DNA of 64,000 nucleotides, taken from positions 7,250 through 71,249 of the forward strand of contig JAHECY010000007.1 in assembly GCA_024641505.1 (NCBI GenBank). Reading direction: 5' to 3'. Below the pieces are notes generated by a model. It had not been told where the DNA came from and did not search any database. It was given only the letters and a program-made list of their open reading frames with translations. Position numbers and translations under genes: made by a program. Source of the stretch: Gammaproteobacteria bacterium (GTDB taxonomy: Bacteria > Pseudomonadota > Gammaproteobacteria > SG8-11). Below, one piece after another: positions 9,434 to 19,561 of this stretch (position 1 is its first letter; every line of letters starts with the position of its first letter).

Positions 9434-11623
9434 TCATGCGCGCATTCCGCCCTGTTCCCTGTCGTGAATCAACTTGACGACAATTTCAGAAAACTGGTCG
9501 ATGTTGATGGGTTTGGTTAAATATTCGTCGAAACCCGCCTTGAGACCGCGATCGATATTCACGGGCGTGGCATCAGCACTTACCGCAACAACCGGGATAG
9601 ATTTTGTGATCGGATCGCTACGCAATTTGCGCAAAATATCATACCCATCCGCCGCTCCCGCAAAGTAGACGTCAAGCAATATCAAGTCAAAATTGTGGGC
9701 ACGAATCATCTCCATGGCGAGCGTGGCATTGTGCGCATCGTAAAAGTGGATGCCGTGAATTTTTCTCAACACACTGGAGACCAAACGAAGATTAGCGGGA
9801 TTGTCCTCGACATAGAGAACGTTATGTTCATGATCCAGGCTGCCAGGTAAAACTGTGGGCATACTCTCCGTTTTGGTCTGCGGCAATTCGTGAGCGATAT
9901 TGAGCTCAATAAAAAAGCATGAACCCTCACCCTCTACGCTGCTGAATCCAACTTCTCCCCCCATCAACTCGACGAGTCGCTTGACCAGAGAGAGACCAAT
10001 GCCCGTACCATCCACTTGGCCCACGTCTGCATTGAGACGATCAAAAGGATCATAGACGCGATGCTGCATGGCTAACGGTATGCCGGATCCGGTATCGGAC
10101 ACGAAAATACGATAACGGTTCTCCTTGGCCTGACAACTAAGCTCTACAGTGCCGCATTCACGGTTATATTTTACGGCATTCGACAGCAAATTAAGCATCA
10201 CCTGCTTAAGTCGAACGCGATCGGCAAACACCATGACTGGCGTTGCCTTCCCCGGAATGCTCAGGGTGATGCCGTTCTGGTCTGCTAGCGGCCTGATAAG
10301 AGCGATACACTCGTCTACTAATTCATTGAATTCCACGCCTTCCATGGTAAGCTTCATATTGCCCGACTCGATACGCGACAGATCCAGTACTTCGTTTATC
10401 AGGTTCAGCAAATGCTGGCCGCCCTTCAATATTTCATCAATGCAATCAATATCATCGGCATCGAGATTATTGTTCTTGTTTTGTTTAAGCAACTGACCGA
10501 ACCCCAGGATGGCATTCATGGGTGTGCGCAGTTCATGGCTCATGCGTGAAAGAAATTCTGATTTTGCCTCATTGGCCCGTTTTGCCTGTTCCATCGCCGC
10601 CACCGCCTCCTCGGTACGCTGAAGTACACGCACTTCCAGTTCCATATTAACATTTTTCAATGCATCTTCAGCGGCGCGGATTCGTGTGATATCACGGATG
10701 ATGGTCGAATAATACAGCACCTTGTTCTGGGTGTCCTTGTGACCGAGAATGAGCTGAGAAACCTGCAATTCATTGCCGTTAGCGTCCAGCAACGCTATTT
10801 CGCCGGTCCAGGATCCCAACTGCGCGGCAGCGGGTAAACCTTCATTGATGACGATATTTCTTGCCCATGGAGGATGGAAATCCTGAAGCTGCACGGCGTT
10901 GAACTTCCAATCGTTCACACCAACCATAGAGCGTCCGGCCTGATTGAGATAAATAATATTTCCTTGTGGGTCCGCCATACCCACTAGATCCGTGGTAGCT
11001 TCCAGAATGGAGAGCATGCGCTCTTTGTCTTGTTCCAACTGGTTTCGATGCACGACTTCGCTACTCAAAGCAGCATTGGCCTCATGCAGGCGAACAGCTA
11101 ACTGCTGCAGATGGAGGGTTTCTTTCCGGTACAGAGACAATAGCCTGGCAACGCTACCCAACATGACTCCGATGAGCAACACCGCACCACCCAGTTGCAT
11201 GGCAAATATCCGGATATGCGCATGTACGACATCAAGATCTTTCTGCAGTGATAACGTGGCATTACCAGTATAGGAATAGGCGATGACAACATTACTGCTA
11301 ATGACCTGGTCACTTTTTTTGGTATCGGCCGATTTGTACTGGCTTAACACAAAACCGTTTTCCGCCGATAGCTGCAGCACCTGAACTTGCGGATCAGCAC
11401 CCCCCCAGTGTTGGAGAAGTTCGCTGGTATGCTGGTAATTTCCCTGCTGCAGATCATTTTTAACGAGTGAAGCCAGCAGATCGAGTTCATTCTGCGCAGC
11501 TTTCCGCTCGTCATCCATTTCATGCCGCCAGCGATCGTGCACCAGATAAACGTAGCCCAACACCAAAAACACAATCACCACTGACGTGATTGATCCGAAC
11601 GAATGAGTAAAGCGATGGATCAT
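9434..11623 (-). CDS. Hybrid sensor histidine kinase (periplasmic/TM - PAS - HisKA - HATPase_c - receiver)
   Basis: N-terminal transmembrane segments, H-box LSRMSHELRTPMNAILGF, G-box DTGSGIP, and a C-terminal receiver domain (LILLDV...KPINIDQF). Confidence 0.8.
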   Translation of the reverse strand: MIHRFTHSFGSITSVVIVFLVLGYVYLVHDRWRHEMDDERKAAQNELDLLASLVKNDLQQGNYQHTSELLQHWGGADPQVQVLQLSAENGFVLSQYKSADTKKSDQVISSNVVIAYSYTGNATLSLQKDLDVVHAHIRIFAMQLGGAVLLIGVMLGSVARLLSLYRKETLHLQQLAVRLHEANAALSSEVVHRNQLEQDKERMLSILEATTDLVGMADPQGNIIYLNQAGRSMVGVNDWKFNAVQLQDFHPPWARNIVINEGLPAAAQLGSWTGEIALLDANGNELQVSQLILGHKDTQNKVLYYSTIIRDITRIRAAEDALKNVNMELEVRVLQRTEEAVAAMEQAKRANEAKSEFLSRMSHELRTPMNAILGFGQLLKQNKNNNLDADDIDCIDEILKGGQHLLNLINEVLDLSRIESGNMKLTMEGVEFNELVDECIALIRPLADQNGITLSIPGKATPVMVFADRVRLKQVMLNLLSNAVKYNRECGTVELSCQAKENRYRIFVSDTGSGIPLAMQHRVYDPFDRLNADVGQVDGTGIGLSLVKRLVELMGGEVGFSSVEGEGSCFFIELNIAHELPQTKTESMPTVLPGSLDHEHNVLYVEDNPANLRLVSSVLRKIHGIHFYDAHNATLAMEMIRAHNFDLILLDVYFAGAADGYDILRKLRSDPITKSIPVVAVSADATPVNIDRGLKAGFDEYLTKPINIDQFSEIVVKLIHDREQGGMRA

Positions 11624-12489
11624 TTTTCCGACCGCCGTAGTACAGCATTTACCGCCTTGATCATTTCGCGCAGCTCATCGTAATCCGTATTTTTTACCGG
11701 TACCAGGGCAGTGAGTTTCGGGTGCATTCTCTTGAGAATCTCTGCCCCACCTGGTTTGCCTGCCAGCTGTAGCATGGCTTGGCGTAGTTTCATAATATCC
11801 TCTGCCGGTAAATTGTCGCGTGCGACAAAAAGGTGATCCGGTACGCCCGGAGTTATGGCGATGGCCCGCAAACCTTTTGCTTCGAATTCATCAAACACTT
11901 CTTTTTTCATAGCGCCTGCATCATAGTCACCCGCGAGAATTCCCAGAGCCACATTTTTATGTGATCCAAGGAAGTGATAAGTGCCGGGTGATCCCTTCGG
12001 AATTCCGGCGGCTATCAGCATGTAACGGGGGACGATATGGCTCATGGTGGATTCCGGATCGCCAAAAGCGAAACGTTTATTTACCAGTTCTGTCAGGCTC
12101 GAAAAAGAACTATTCGCGCGCACCGCAATTACACCAAACAGCTTAGGGTTTCCAGCTACTTCAAAACGTGCTAATAGCGGTTTTTCGCCGTAGCGCTCAA
12201 CAACATTGATATAGGGTGCTGGGCCCATAAAGGCGATATCTACCTTATTCTCTCCAATAGCTTTAATATGCTCATCATAATTTCCACCAACACGAATCTG
12301 TATCTGTCGTCCTAACTGGTCTGACAGGTAAGCGGCGAATGGCCCAAATCGCTCCTGTATCTCCGGCAAAGGTAGATAGGGGTGGACAGCAAGCACCAAT
12401 GCTTGGTCGGCCGCCACTACAGGCGCGCCGGGTGCCATGACACAAAAAGAAATCAGAGCAGCTATAATATGGTAGACGGTTATTCTCAT
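11620..12489 (-). CDS. Periplasmic substrate-binding protein, PhnD/SsuA-like (ABC-type phosphonate-binding fold)
   Basis: Signal peptide, 289 aa, motifs as in PhnD-family binding proteins. Its stop overlaps the hybrid histidine kinase start by 4 bp (operon). Confidence 0.6.
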   Translation of the reverse strand: MRITVYHIIAALISFCVMAPGAPVVAADQALVLAVHPYLPLPEIQERFGPFAAYLSDQLGRQIQIRVGGNYDEHIKAIGENKVDIAFMGPAPYINVVERYGEKPLLARFEVAGNPKLFGVIAVRANSSFSSLTELVNKRFAFGDPESTMSHIVPRYMLIAAGIPKGSPGTYHFLGSHKNVALGILAGDYDAGAMKKEVFDEFEAKGLRAIAITPGVPDHLFVARDNLPAEDIMKLRQAMLQLAGKPGGAEILKRMHPKLTALVPVKNTDYDELREMIKAVNAVLRRSEK

Positions 12490-13160
12490 CGCTAGCTCCT
12501 TCGTGGTCGAAGCCTATCAAAGCATAGCGTTCCTGAAATCACGGATCACTAAGAAATAATCATAACTGTATGGTTTAACAAGCAAGACTAATCTTCCCTC
12601 ATTTTCTGACGAAATTTGTGTGTTCCCCAATACACCAGATATCGACAAGGAAATTCTATCTCATGAACCAACTTATTGATTTAAGCCTGTGGTAAACATC
12701 GCGTGCCCGTGCGCCAAACACCGGTCTCCAGGCTGCAGCAAGTATAGCGCATAGAATTGCAGTCATTTACCACAGTTGTCAGATAAGAAATACAACGCCG
12801 ACTGGTCGCACGACGGCATTATCCATTACGGACACTAAGTGAGATTGGCGAGGTGTTGTTTCAGTTTCTGCTCCCCGGGATCGGTAAAAGCTAGCGGGTA
12901 GATGGTAGGCGTCGATGGCCGGCACTTCGTCCCAGGTGGCGATGGCGGTATCCCTGCATCGCCTTGCGGTGCAAGAGATCCACAATATCGGGGGCAAGCC
13001 GGCTCAGAGCCTGTGGTGCCTGTTAGTACGCGGGCATCAGACGCAATACCAGCAACAAGTTATCGATAGGCTTCGACCTTGTTGCCAACCCGTCAAACTT
13101 GTTGCGCGTTGTGATCGGAGCTGAAAGTGTGAAATAAAATTTATGAGAAGTCACAAGGTC

Positions 13161-13191
13161 GGCAAAAAAAAGGATGCGCAGCAGCGCATCC
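13161..13191 (-). terminator. Rho-independent terminator downstream of the hemerythrin gene
   Basis: On the minus strand: GGATGCGC-TGCT-GCGCATCC hairpin followed by T8. Confidence 0.55.
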
Positions 13192-13215
13192 TCATCTTGT
13201 CCATATTACTTTAGG

Positions 13216-13626
13216 TTACTTGATACCATGCGCTTTCATGGTTTCTTCATATTTCTTGTCCATTACCAGGATGTGCTCCCGCAACCATCTTACGGAAGTA
13301 TCGGCAACCTCGGCGACGGTAAAAATGGCTTGTCCTTTGTCAGCCTTCGCTTTGTACTCATTCATCTTGTCGACGAACATTACATGTTCGCGCTTCTGCG
13401 CGCCGATCCCTGCATAGTTGATTCGTTCCATGATTTTTTCTTCTTCGGAAAAATGATAAACTGTATAATCCACCAATTCACGGATAGTGGCGGCAATACG
13501 GTCCTCCGCTTGACCCTGTTTCATCGCGTCGTGAAGCTTGTTCATAATATCGAACAAATTTCTGTGGTGGCTGTCCATGCTGCCGACTCCCACACTGTAT
13601 TCATTACTCCAGGTAAACAATGGCAT
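13216..13626 (-). CDS. Bacteriohemerythrin (hemerythrin HHE cation-binding domain)
   Basis: 136 aa. N-terminal F/W-x-W-x-x-EYSVGV and conserved His/Glu ligand spacing (HH..LF, HF..EE, H....D). Confidence 0.75.
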   Translation of the reverse strand: MPLFTWSNEYSVGVGSMDSHHRNLFDIMNKLHDAMKQGQAEDRIAATIRELVDYTVYHFSEEEKIMERINYAGIGAQKREHVMFVDKMNEYKAKADKGQAIFTVAEVADTSVRWLREHILVMDKKYEETMKAHGIK

Positions 13627-13960
13627 GTTTCGATCTCCTCAATTACGACCTATTATCTTTTGTTAAATGACTACGAATTCAATGACAACGGAATACACGC
13701 GCTACTGACCCAATCGCCATATCGTGTATTTCGTCATAAGTGATAGGAAAGTGAAGTGAAGAAATTGCAAGAAACAATCGTAACCTTTTGATTATTATTA
13801 ATTTTGCGATTAATGTCGTGACAATAGTTAACTAATATCTGAGCCTATGTTTTCTTTTGAAGTAACAGTTTGTAAAAGACCGTGATGTGATAAAGTTAAG
13901 CACGGCGACCCGGTCAATATTTCGCTGCCATCCCTCATTCCGCCCATACACAGTGATCCA

Positions 13961-14260
13961 ATGAAACTATTGATACGCAATCTCGCCCGCAATACCACGG
14001 AAACAGAACTCCGCGTCATGTTCGAGGCTTACGGTGCGGTGCAGTCCTGCACCGTGGTGATCGATAAAGCTACGGGGACCTCCAAAGGTTTTGGCTTCGT
14101 GGAAATGCCTAAACCGGGTGAGGCCAAGGCGGCCATGAAAAACCTCAACGGCAAGGAAATCTCCGGCAGCAAGATCCGCGTAAAAAAAGCGGAAGCAAAG
14201 CCTGATGTGGCAGCGGCGCCGCCAGACGTCGACCATGCCGATGACCCGTCCGATGGGTAA
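13961..14260 (+). CDS. RRM-type RNA-binding protein
   Basis: RNP-2 LLIRNL and RNP-1 KGFGFVEM motifs. 99 aa. Confidence 0.75.
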   Translation: MKLLIRNLARNTTETELRVMFEAYGAVQSCTVVIDKATGTSKGFGFVEMPKPGEAKAAMKNLNGKEISGSKIRVKKAEAKPDVAAAPPDVDHADDPSDG

Positions 14261-14516
14261 AACACCTGCCCCGGACCCGTTACACGGCGTGACCCTGGAG
14301 CTGATGATTACCCGGCTGGTGGGAAAATATGGATGGGCGGATTTGGGCCGTCGCATCAAGATTAAGTGTTTTATCATTGATCCGAGTATCGCCTCCAGCC
14401 TCAAGTTTCTGCGTAAAACACCTTGGGCACGGCAAAAAGTCGAGACTCTTTATCTACGTGGTAAATGGCCGGCCGTCGCACCAGCTAAGGGTCAAACCGA
14501 TGACACGGAATTGTAG
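14235..14516 (+). CDS. DUF2132 (VF530-like) small protein
   Basis: GVTLE...YGW..L...[21 protein letters not shown] pattern. The start is one of the Met codons at 14235-14253, overlapping the RRM gene end. Confidence 0.5.
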   Translation: MPMTRPMGKTPAPDPLHGVTLELMITRLVGKYGWADLGRRIKIKCFIIDPSIASSLKFLRKTPWARQKVETLYLRGKWPAVAPAKGQTDDTEL

Positions 14517-14634
14517 GGGGCGATGTACGCTCTGTTATTTTGCAGGTTCTGGCAGTGCCAACCAAGATTTTCTGGAATATTTGACAACGGTTGATTCTAA
14601 AGGGGCCCCATACGAAAACAGGCATGGCTCCATA

Positions 14635-15249
14635 TTACAAGTAAAACAAAATTCCGAAGTAATGGCTGGCGCTGCCCGCGAGTACGAACAGATGCCAAAT
14701 ACCATGGCACCGGGGATACCAGTGGTCAAGGACATAGAACACGATGCCCGACGTGTAAAATATTCCGCCCGCCAGCAGCCAGTCAAACCCGCGCGGCGAC
14801 AGCACGGCGATCATCGGATCCAGGGCAAACACGCACAACCAGCCCATGACCAGATAGATAACAATCGGTACCACTCTGGCACCTTTACGCGGCATCGCAT
14901 CCAGAATTATACCGAGCAACGCCAGTCCCCAATTTGCGCCGAACAGCCACCAACCCAAGCTGCCTTTGACCGTCAGCAGCATATACGGCGTATAGGTGCC
15001 TGCGATCAGCAAATAAATCGCCTGGTGGTCGAGAATCTTGAATATCTGTTTCGCCCGGCCGGAGAGACTGTGATAAAGCGTGGAGGCAAGATAGAGCAGG
15101 AACAGAGTGAGACCGTAGACACTGAAACTGGCAATCCTGCGCACATCGCCATCCAATGCGGCAAAGGTTACCAGCACCGCAGCCCCCGCCAGCGCAAGTA
15201 CCGCACCGACCAGGTGACTGATACTGTTGAGCCGTTCGCCTTTGTACAT
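14635..15249 (-). CDS. Hemolysin III / PAQR family membrane protein
   Basis: Seven predicted transmembrane helices with conserved His motifs (LYHSLS, HWYPRCHGIWHLFV). Confidence 0.75.
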   Translation of the reverse strand: MYKGERLNSISHLVGAVLALAGAAVLVTFAALDGDVRRIASFSVYGLTLFLLYLASTLYHSLSGRAKQIFKILDHQAIYLLIAGTYTPYMLLTVKGSLGWWLFGANWGLALLGIILDAMPRKGARVVPIVIYLVMGWLCVFALDPMIAVLSPRGFDWLLAGGIFYTSGIVFYVLDHWYPRCHGIWHLFVLAGSASHYFGILFYL

Positions 15250-15400
15250 GGCCTAGCCTGCCTGCTGCTCAACAATCGCTGGAAATAAATTCGGCATCCC
15301 TGGACGCATTTGCACTATGCCACGCCTGAGACCTGGATACACGGCGCTCCATGGCGCTTGAAAAACCCACGACATCAAGCAGCCGGAGGTTCCCGCATAT

Positions 15401-16372
15401 TTAGTTGCGCTTAGCGCCATCCGGCGCCATGCCCTTTAGAAACTTGAACAAATCGCTGTCCGTGGACAATACCAGTGTCGTATTCTGGGCGATTATTGTT
15501 TTGTACGCCTGCATAGTACGAATGAATTCATAGAATTCCACCGCCTTGGGGCTTTGATTATAGGCTTTGGCGTATATTTCCGTGGCTTTTGCGTCGGCCA
15601 CGCCGCGGATTTCCTCGACCTGACGGTAGGCTTCTGACTGGATCTTGTTCAAGTCACGTACGCGATTACCGCGGATTCGCGCGGCCTCGCCATTACCCTC
15701 CGACAGGAAACGTTCCGCGATTTGCCGTCGCTCGCTGACCATACGGTCATAAATTTTCGGACGCACACTCTCGTTATAGTTAATGCGTTTGAATCGTATA
15801 TCCAGCAATTCAATGCCGAACACACGCACTTTCTCGGCGGCTGCGCTATATATCTCCTGCTCCACCTGCTTACGCCCTTTCTGTATAGGCACCAGCGCAC
15901 CCATATCCCGCTCCGCTTCGGTCAAAAGGGTATCGCGCAACGGAACGCGATCTTTAGTGGTGCGAATAATTTCGATCAATTCATGCTTGGCGACTGCATT
16001 CCGGGTTTCGCTGCCGAGGATATCATCCAGACGCGATTGGGCACTGCGTTCGTCGCGGAGTCGCAGGAAATATTGCAGGGAATCGGTAATACGCCAGCGC
16101 GCGAACAGGTCGACGGAAATATAGAGCTTGTCCTTGGTAGGCATATCGGACGGCGTGCCGTCCCATTCCAGCACCCGTTTATCAATAGCATTGACATCCT
16201 GGATGAAAGGCATTTTTACCTTCAGCCCCGCTTCAGTCACCGGTTCACCGATCGGTTTGCCAAATTGGGTGATAATCACCTGTTCGACTTCGCTGACGGT
16301 ATACACCGAACTCATCATGACATACGTACCAACACCTAACACCAGCAGAATGATGATATGCGCTATTCTCAT
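15401..16372 (-). CDS. hflC: Protease modulator HflC (SPFH/band-7)
   Basis: N-terminal transmembrane segment plus SPFH domain. Overlaps hflK by 4 bp. Confidence 0.8.
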   Translation of the reverse strand: MRIAHIIILLVLGVGTYVMMSSVYTVSEVEQVIITQFGKPIGEPVTEAGLKVKMPFIQDVNAIDKRVLEWDGTPSDMPTKDKLYISVDLFARWRITDSLQYFLRLRDERSAQSRLDDILGSETRNAVAKHELIEIIRTTKDRVPLRDTLLTEAERDMGALVPIQKGRKQVEQEIYSAAAEKVRVFGIELLDIRFKRINYNESVRPKIYDRMVSERRQIAERFLSEGNGEAARIRGNRVRDLNKIQSEAYRQVEEIRGVADAKATEIYAKAYNQSPKAVEFYEFIRTMQAYKTIIAQNTTLVLSTDSDLFKFLKGMAPDGAKRN

Positions 16373-17427
16373 GGCCGATCCTCCTTCTGACCATCAAGAT
16401 TCAGCAGTGGCAAAATACTGCGATTCTTCTCATCGACAATGACTTTGGAACGAATGGTCGGCAGAATCTCCTGCAGCGTTTCGATATAGATTCTACGACG
16501 TGTTACTTCCGGCGCCTTGTTGTATTCGGTAAACAGTGCGTTGAAACGCGCAACATCGCCTTCCGCCTCATTGATGCGTTTCAAGCGATAACCATCGGCT
16601 TCGCGAATACGTTGATCCTTCTCACCCTCCGCCAGGGGAATCACCTTATTGTAATCCCGTCGTGCTTCATTGATCAGTTTTTCTTTCTCCTGCTGCGCCT
16701 GGTTGACCTCGTTAAACGATTCTTGCACTGGTGCCGGCGGATTGATGTTTTTTAGTTGAACCTGATCGATATTGATCCCCATGGTATACTTGGTCGCAAG
16801 TGCCTGCATCTTGCTCAAGGCTTCGCTTTCAATTTCCTGGCGACCGACGGTCAGAACTTCATCCACGGTGCGATCACCGACCACTTCCCGCATCACCGAC
16901 TCGGAGACATAGCGTAAGGTTTCGCTGGGTTCGCGCACCACAAACAGGTATTTGGCGGGATCAGCGATACGGTATTGCACTACCCATTCCACCAAAGCGG
17001 CGTTGAGATCGCCTGTTACCATTTCCGTTTCTTTTTTTCCGTCACGTGGACTTTGATAAGGATCTGTGGCGCCAGGTGTTGCAAAACCGAATTCCTGTTT
17101 CAACTGGCGCTTTACCGGGACGATGGTTGCTTTGTCGATGCCCAATGGCAGCTTGAAGTGCAACCCCGGTGGCACATCCGTGAGAAATTTTCCGAATCGC
17201 TGAATAACCGCAACCGAATCGCTGGGCACCGTGTAATAGGCCGTCCATGCACCAAGAGCCATCAAAGCAAGAATCACCAAAACGATGGCCCCACGTGGGC
17301 CACCGTTTGGTAAGATATTTTTGGATTTTTTCTGCCACTGCCGAACCAGGCCCTCGAAGTCAAAATCAGGCCCGGATCCACTACCCCATGGATTACCCCG
17401 GCCACCGTTACCGTGTTGCGATGGCAT
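16369..17427 (-). CDS. hflK: Protease modulator HflK (SPFH/band-7)
   Basis: Gly-rich N-terminus, transmembrane segment, SPFH domain. GAGGAGGG ribosome-binding site upstream. Confidence 0.8.
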   Translation of the reverse strand: MPSQHGNGGRGNPWGSGSGPDFDFEGLVRQWQKKSKNILPNGGPRGAIVLVILALMALGAWTAYYTVPSDSVAVIQRFGKFLTDVPPGLHFKLPLGIDKATIVPVKRQLKQEFGFATPGATDPYQSPRDGKKETEMVTGDLNAALVEWVVQYRIADPAKYLFVVREPSETLRYVSESVMREVVGDRTVDEVLTVGRQEIESEALSKMQALATKYTMGINIDQVQLKNINPPAPVQESFNEVNQAQQEKEKLINEARRDYNKVIPLAEGEKDQRIREADGYRLKRINEAEGDVARFNALFTEYNKAPEVTRRRIYIETLQEILPTIRSKVIVDEKNRSILPLLNLDGQKEDRP

Positions 17428-17457
17428 CGCGATGCCCTCCTCTAATAATGAACGCGA

Positions 17458-17574
17458 CTAATTTCCGTGCAATCCCCCGGATTGTTTTTTGGATTTCTTC
17501 TTTGCCTTTTTTTCTTTTGGCGTTAAGGCCGGTTTCTTTTTCTCTTCTTTGGTGCTATTGCGTTCTTTCGACAT
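17458..17574 (-). CDS. Possible small lysine-rich protein (38 aa) upstream of hflK
   Basis: ATG...TAG ORF MSKERNSTKEEKKKPALTPKEKKAKKKSKKQSGGLHGN. It is absent from the ORF track (<60 aa) and the call rests on composition only. Confidence 0.2.
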   Translation of the reverse strand: MSKERNSTKEEKKKPALTPKEKKAKKKSKKQSGGLHGN

Positions 17575-18306
17575 GTTAACGATTCCTTATGGTCCTGGAG
17601 CATCTACGTGGAAATAACGGTATGGCACACTATAAAAGAATATGTGGCGGCACGCGAGGCAATATAGACCCCTATTAATGTGGGATATTGTGTTCGCAGT
17701 TTTTCAACTGTCGTAAAAAATAAATCATGCGGGATTGAACTAAATCATCAACGCATACTTGATACGGGGCAGATCGAACGCAGCGACTCATGTATAAAAC
17801 GCAAAAACCGGCCCGCAAACACGCAATTCTCAGCCTTCCAAAAAGATAATGCTAATTCGGGTTTCGGTTATGAATTTCTGACGCATTGGTCGGCATCTCT
17901 GTTCAATCGTGTCCAGCTTGCGACCGATAACTGACCGAAACGCGTGACTATGCACGGCAAATCTTTGAAAAATTACTGGCGCACTGATATATCTGTCGTG
18001 CACAAGGCCACAGTCGCCTGGTTAACCACGAACATAACCTGCCATCGATGGGAATCCAAGAGGGTGGTATCCCGGACGAAAAGATCAGTATTGATGCCGA
18101 CTTGACCTGTGTTCTTCAGGTCAAAACGGTTTGGCGCACCGTACAATCCTGGATACCGCGCCGGACCGAGCCGTCACGGCGGAAAAATTTGTCCCCCAGA
18201 TTTACTTATGATTAATTATTGAGCATACTTCGTGACAACTTACTTACCACCCTGAAAAAATACGGAGTCATCGGGTAAATATAGGGGTATTGGACCATAA
18301 TAATAG

Positions 18307-19488
18307 ATGTCAGGCTTCATCCTTCGATATCATATTCACCCACTTATCATTTGGATAACTATGGAAATCTATCAAGACACTCTTGATGCGTTGAACGCCA
18401 ACATTCCACTGCGAGATAAGCTGATCCAGACCCATTTAGCGGTTAAGAAGCAATTTCCTTTTATTGCGCGCATTGCTATCGCCCTGTACGACGCCAAGAC
18501 AAACCTGCTTAAAACTTACCTGCATAGCAGCGGTGAAGATAATCCATTGACCAACTATATCACTCACCTGAGTAACGCGCCTTCGCTCGAGAATATTCTC
18601 AAGGAGGGGCGGCCGCGCGTAATCAATAACATGCTGACCATGGAAGACCAGCGCCATGAGCACAGCAAACGCATCGGACGGCAGGGTTACGCCGCCAGCT
18701 ACACTATGCCGATATTCTCCAACGGAGTGTTTCTCGGTTTTATTTTTTTCAACGCCAAAGAAACCGATGTCTTCACCGATATCGCACTCAACCAGCTCGA
18801 TGTCTTTGGTCACATGATAGCCTTGATGGTGATCAACGAGTTAACCGCCATGCGCACTCTGGTTGCGGCGGTCACCACAACATCCCGTTTTACTCATCTG
18901 CGGGATCCGGAAACCGGCAGCCACATCGACCGTATGTCGCGGTATGCTCGACTGATCACACGTGCACTGACTGCCAAACACCAACTGAATGATGACTATG
19001 TTGAACATGTGTTCATGTACTCACCCCTGCACGATATCGGCAAGATCGCCATTCCGGACAATATCTTGTTTAAACCGGGTCCGTTGAATGACAATGAACG
19101 GGACATCATGCGCACCCATTCACGCAAAGGACGGGAAATTATCGATGAAGTTCTTGCCAATTTTGGTCTGGACGGCGTGCAACAGGTTAATATTCTGCGC
19201 AACATAGCGGAATTTCACCATGAATCGATGGATGGTCGAGGTTATCCCGCCGGCCTCAAGGGCGAGGAAATTCCACTCGAGGCTCGCATTGTCGCCGTTG
19301 CTGATATATTCGACGCACTCACCAGCCGGCGCTCCTATAAAACCGCCTGGAGCAACGAGGATGCATTTGCCATGCTGATGGAAATGGCCGGGGAGAAACT
19401 CGATACCGAGTGTGTGCAGGCGTTAATCGATAACCAAACGGAAATCGAACAGATCCAGAAACAGTTCCGCGAAGACCCGCTGGGCTAG
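18307..19488 (+). CDS. HD-GYP domain protein (predicted c-di-GMP phosphodiesterase) with an N-terminal GAF-like sensor region
   Basis: HD motif (PLHDIGKIAIPD) and HHE..DGRGYP signature. The start may be the Met at 18361. Confidence 0.75.
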   Translation: MSGFILRYHIHPLIIWITMEIYQDTLDALNANIPLRDKLIQTHLAVKKQFPFIARIAIALYDAKTNLLKTYLHSSGEDNPLTNYITHLSNAPSLENILKEGRPRVINNMLTMEDQRHEHSKRIGRQGYAASYTMPIFSNGVFLGFIFFNAKETDVFTDIALNQLDVFGHMIALMVINELTAMRTLVAAVTTTSRFTHLRDPETGSHIDRMSRYARLITRALTAKHQLNDDYVEHVFMYSPLHDIGKIAIPDNILFKPGPLNDNERDIMRTHSRKGREIIDEVLANFGLDGVQQVNILRNIAEFHHESMDGRGYPAGLKGEEIPLEARIVAVADIFDALTSRRSYKTAWSNEDAFAMLMEMAGEKLDTECVQALIDNQTEIEQIQKQFREDPLG

Positions 19489-19561
19489 CACCGTCTGGAT
19501 GCCCGCAGCAGATGGTAGACCGAGGCTCTTGGCCCATTGGCTTCCCAAAGGAGAGGTACCA

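Noticed and set aside
12490-13160. 670-bp gap upstream of the binding-protein/kinase operon as a possible sRNA or riboswitch locus
   Set aside because: I could see no conserved RNA motif, terminator or tRNA cloverleaf by eye. It most likely holds only the promoter region.
17580-18306. 730-bp intergenic region upstream of the HD-GYP gene, checked for tRNA or sRNA
   Set aside because: I could not trace an acceptor-stem or anticodon-arm pattern. The 84-aa ORF 17680..17934 has no support.
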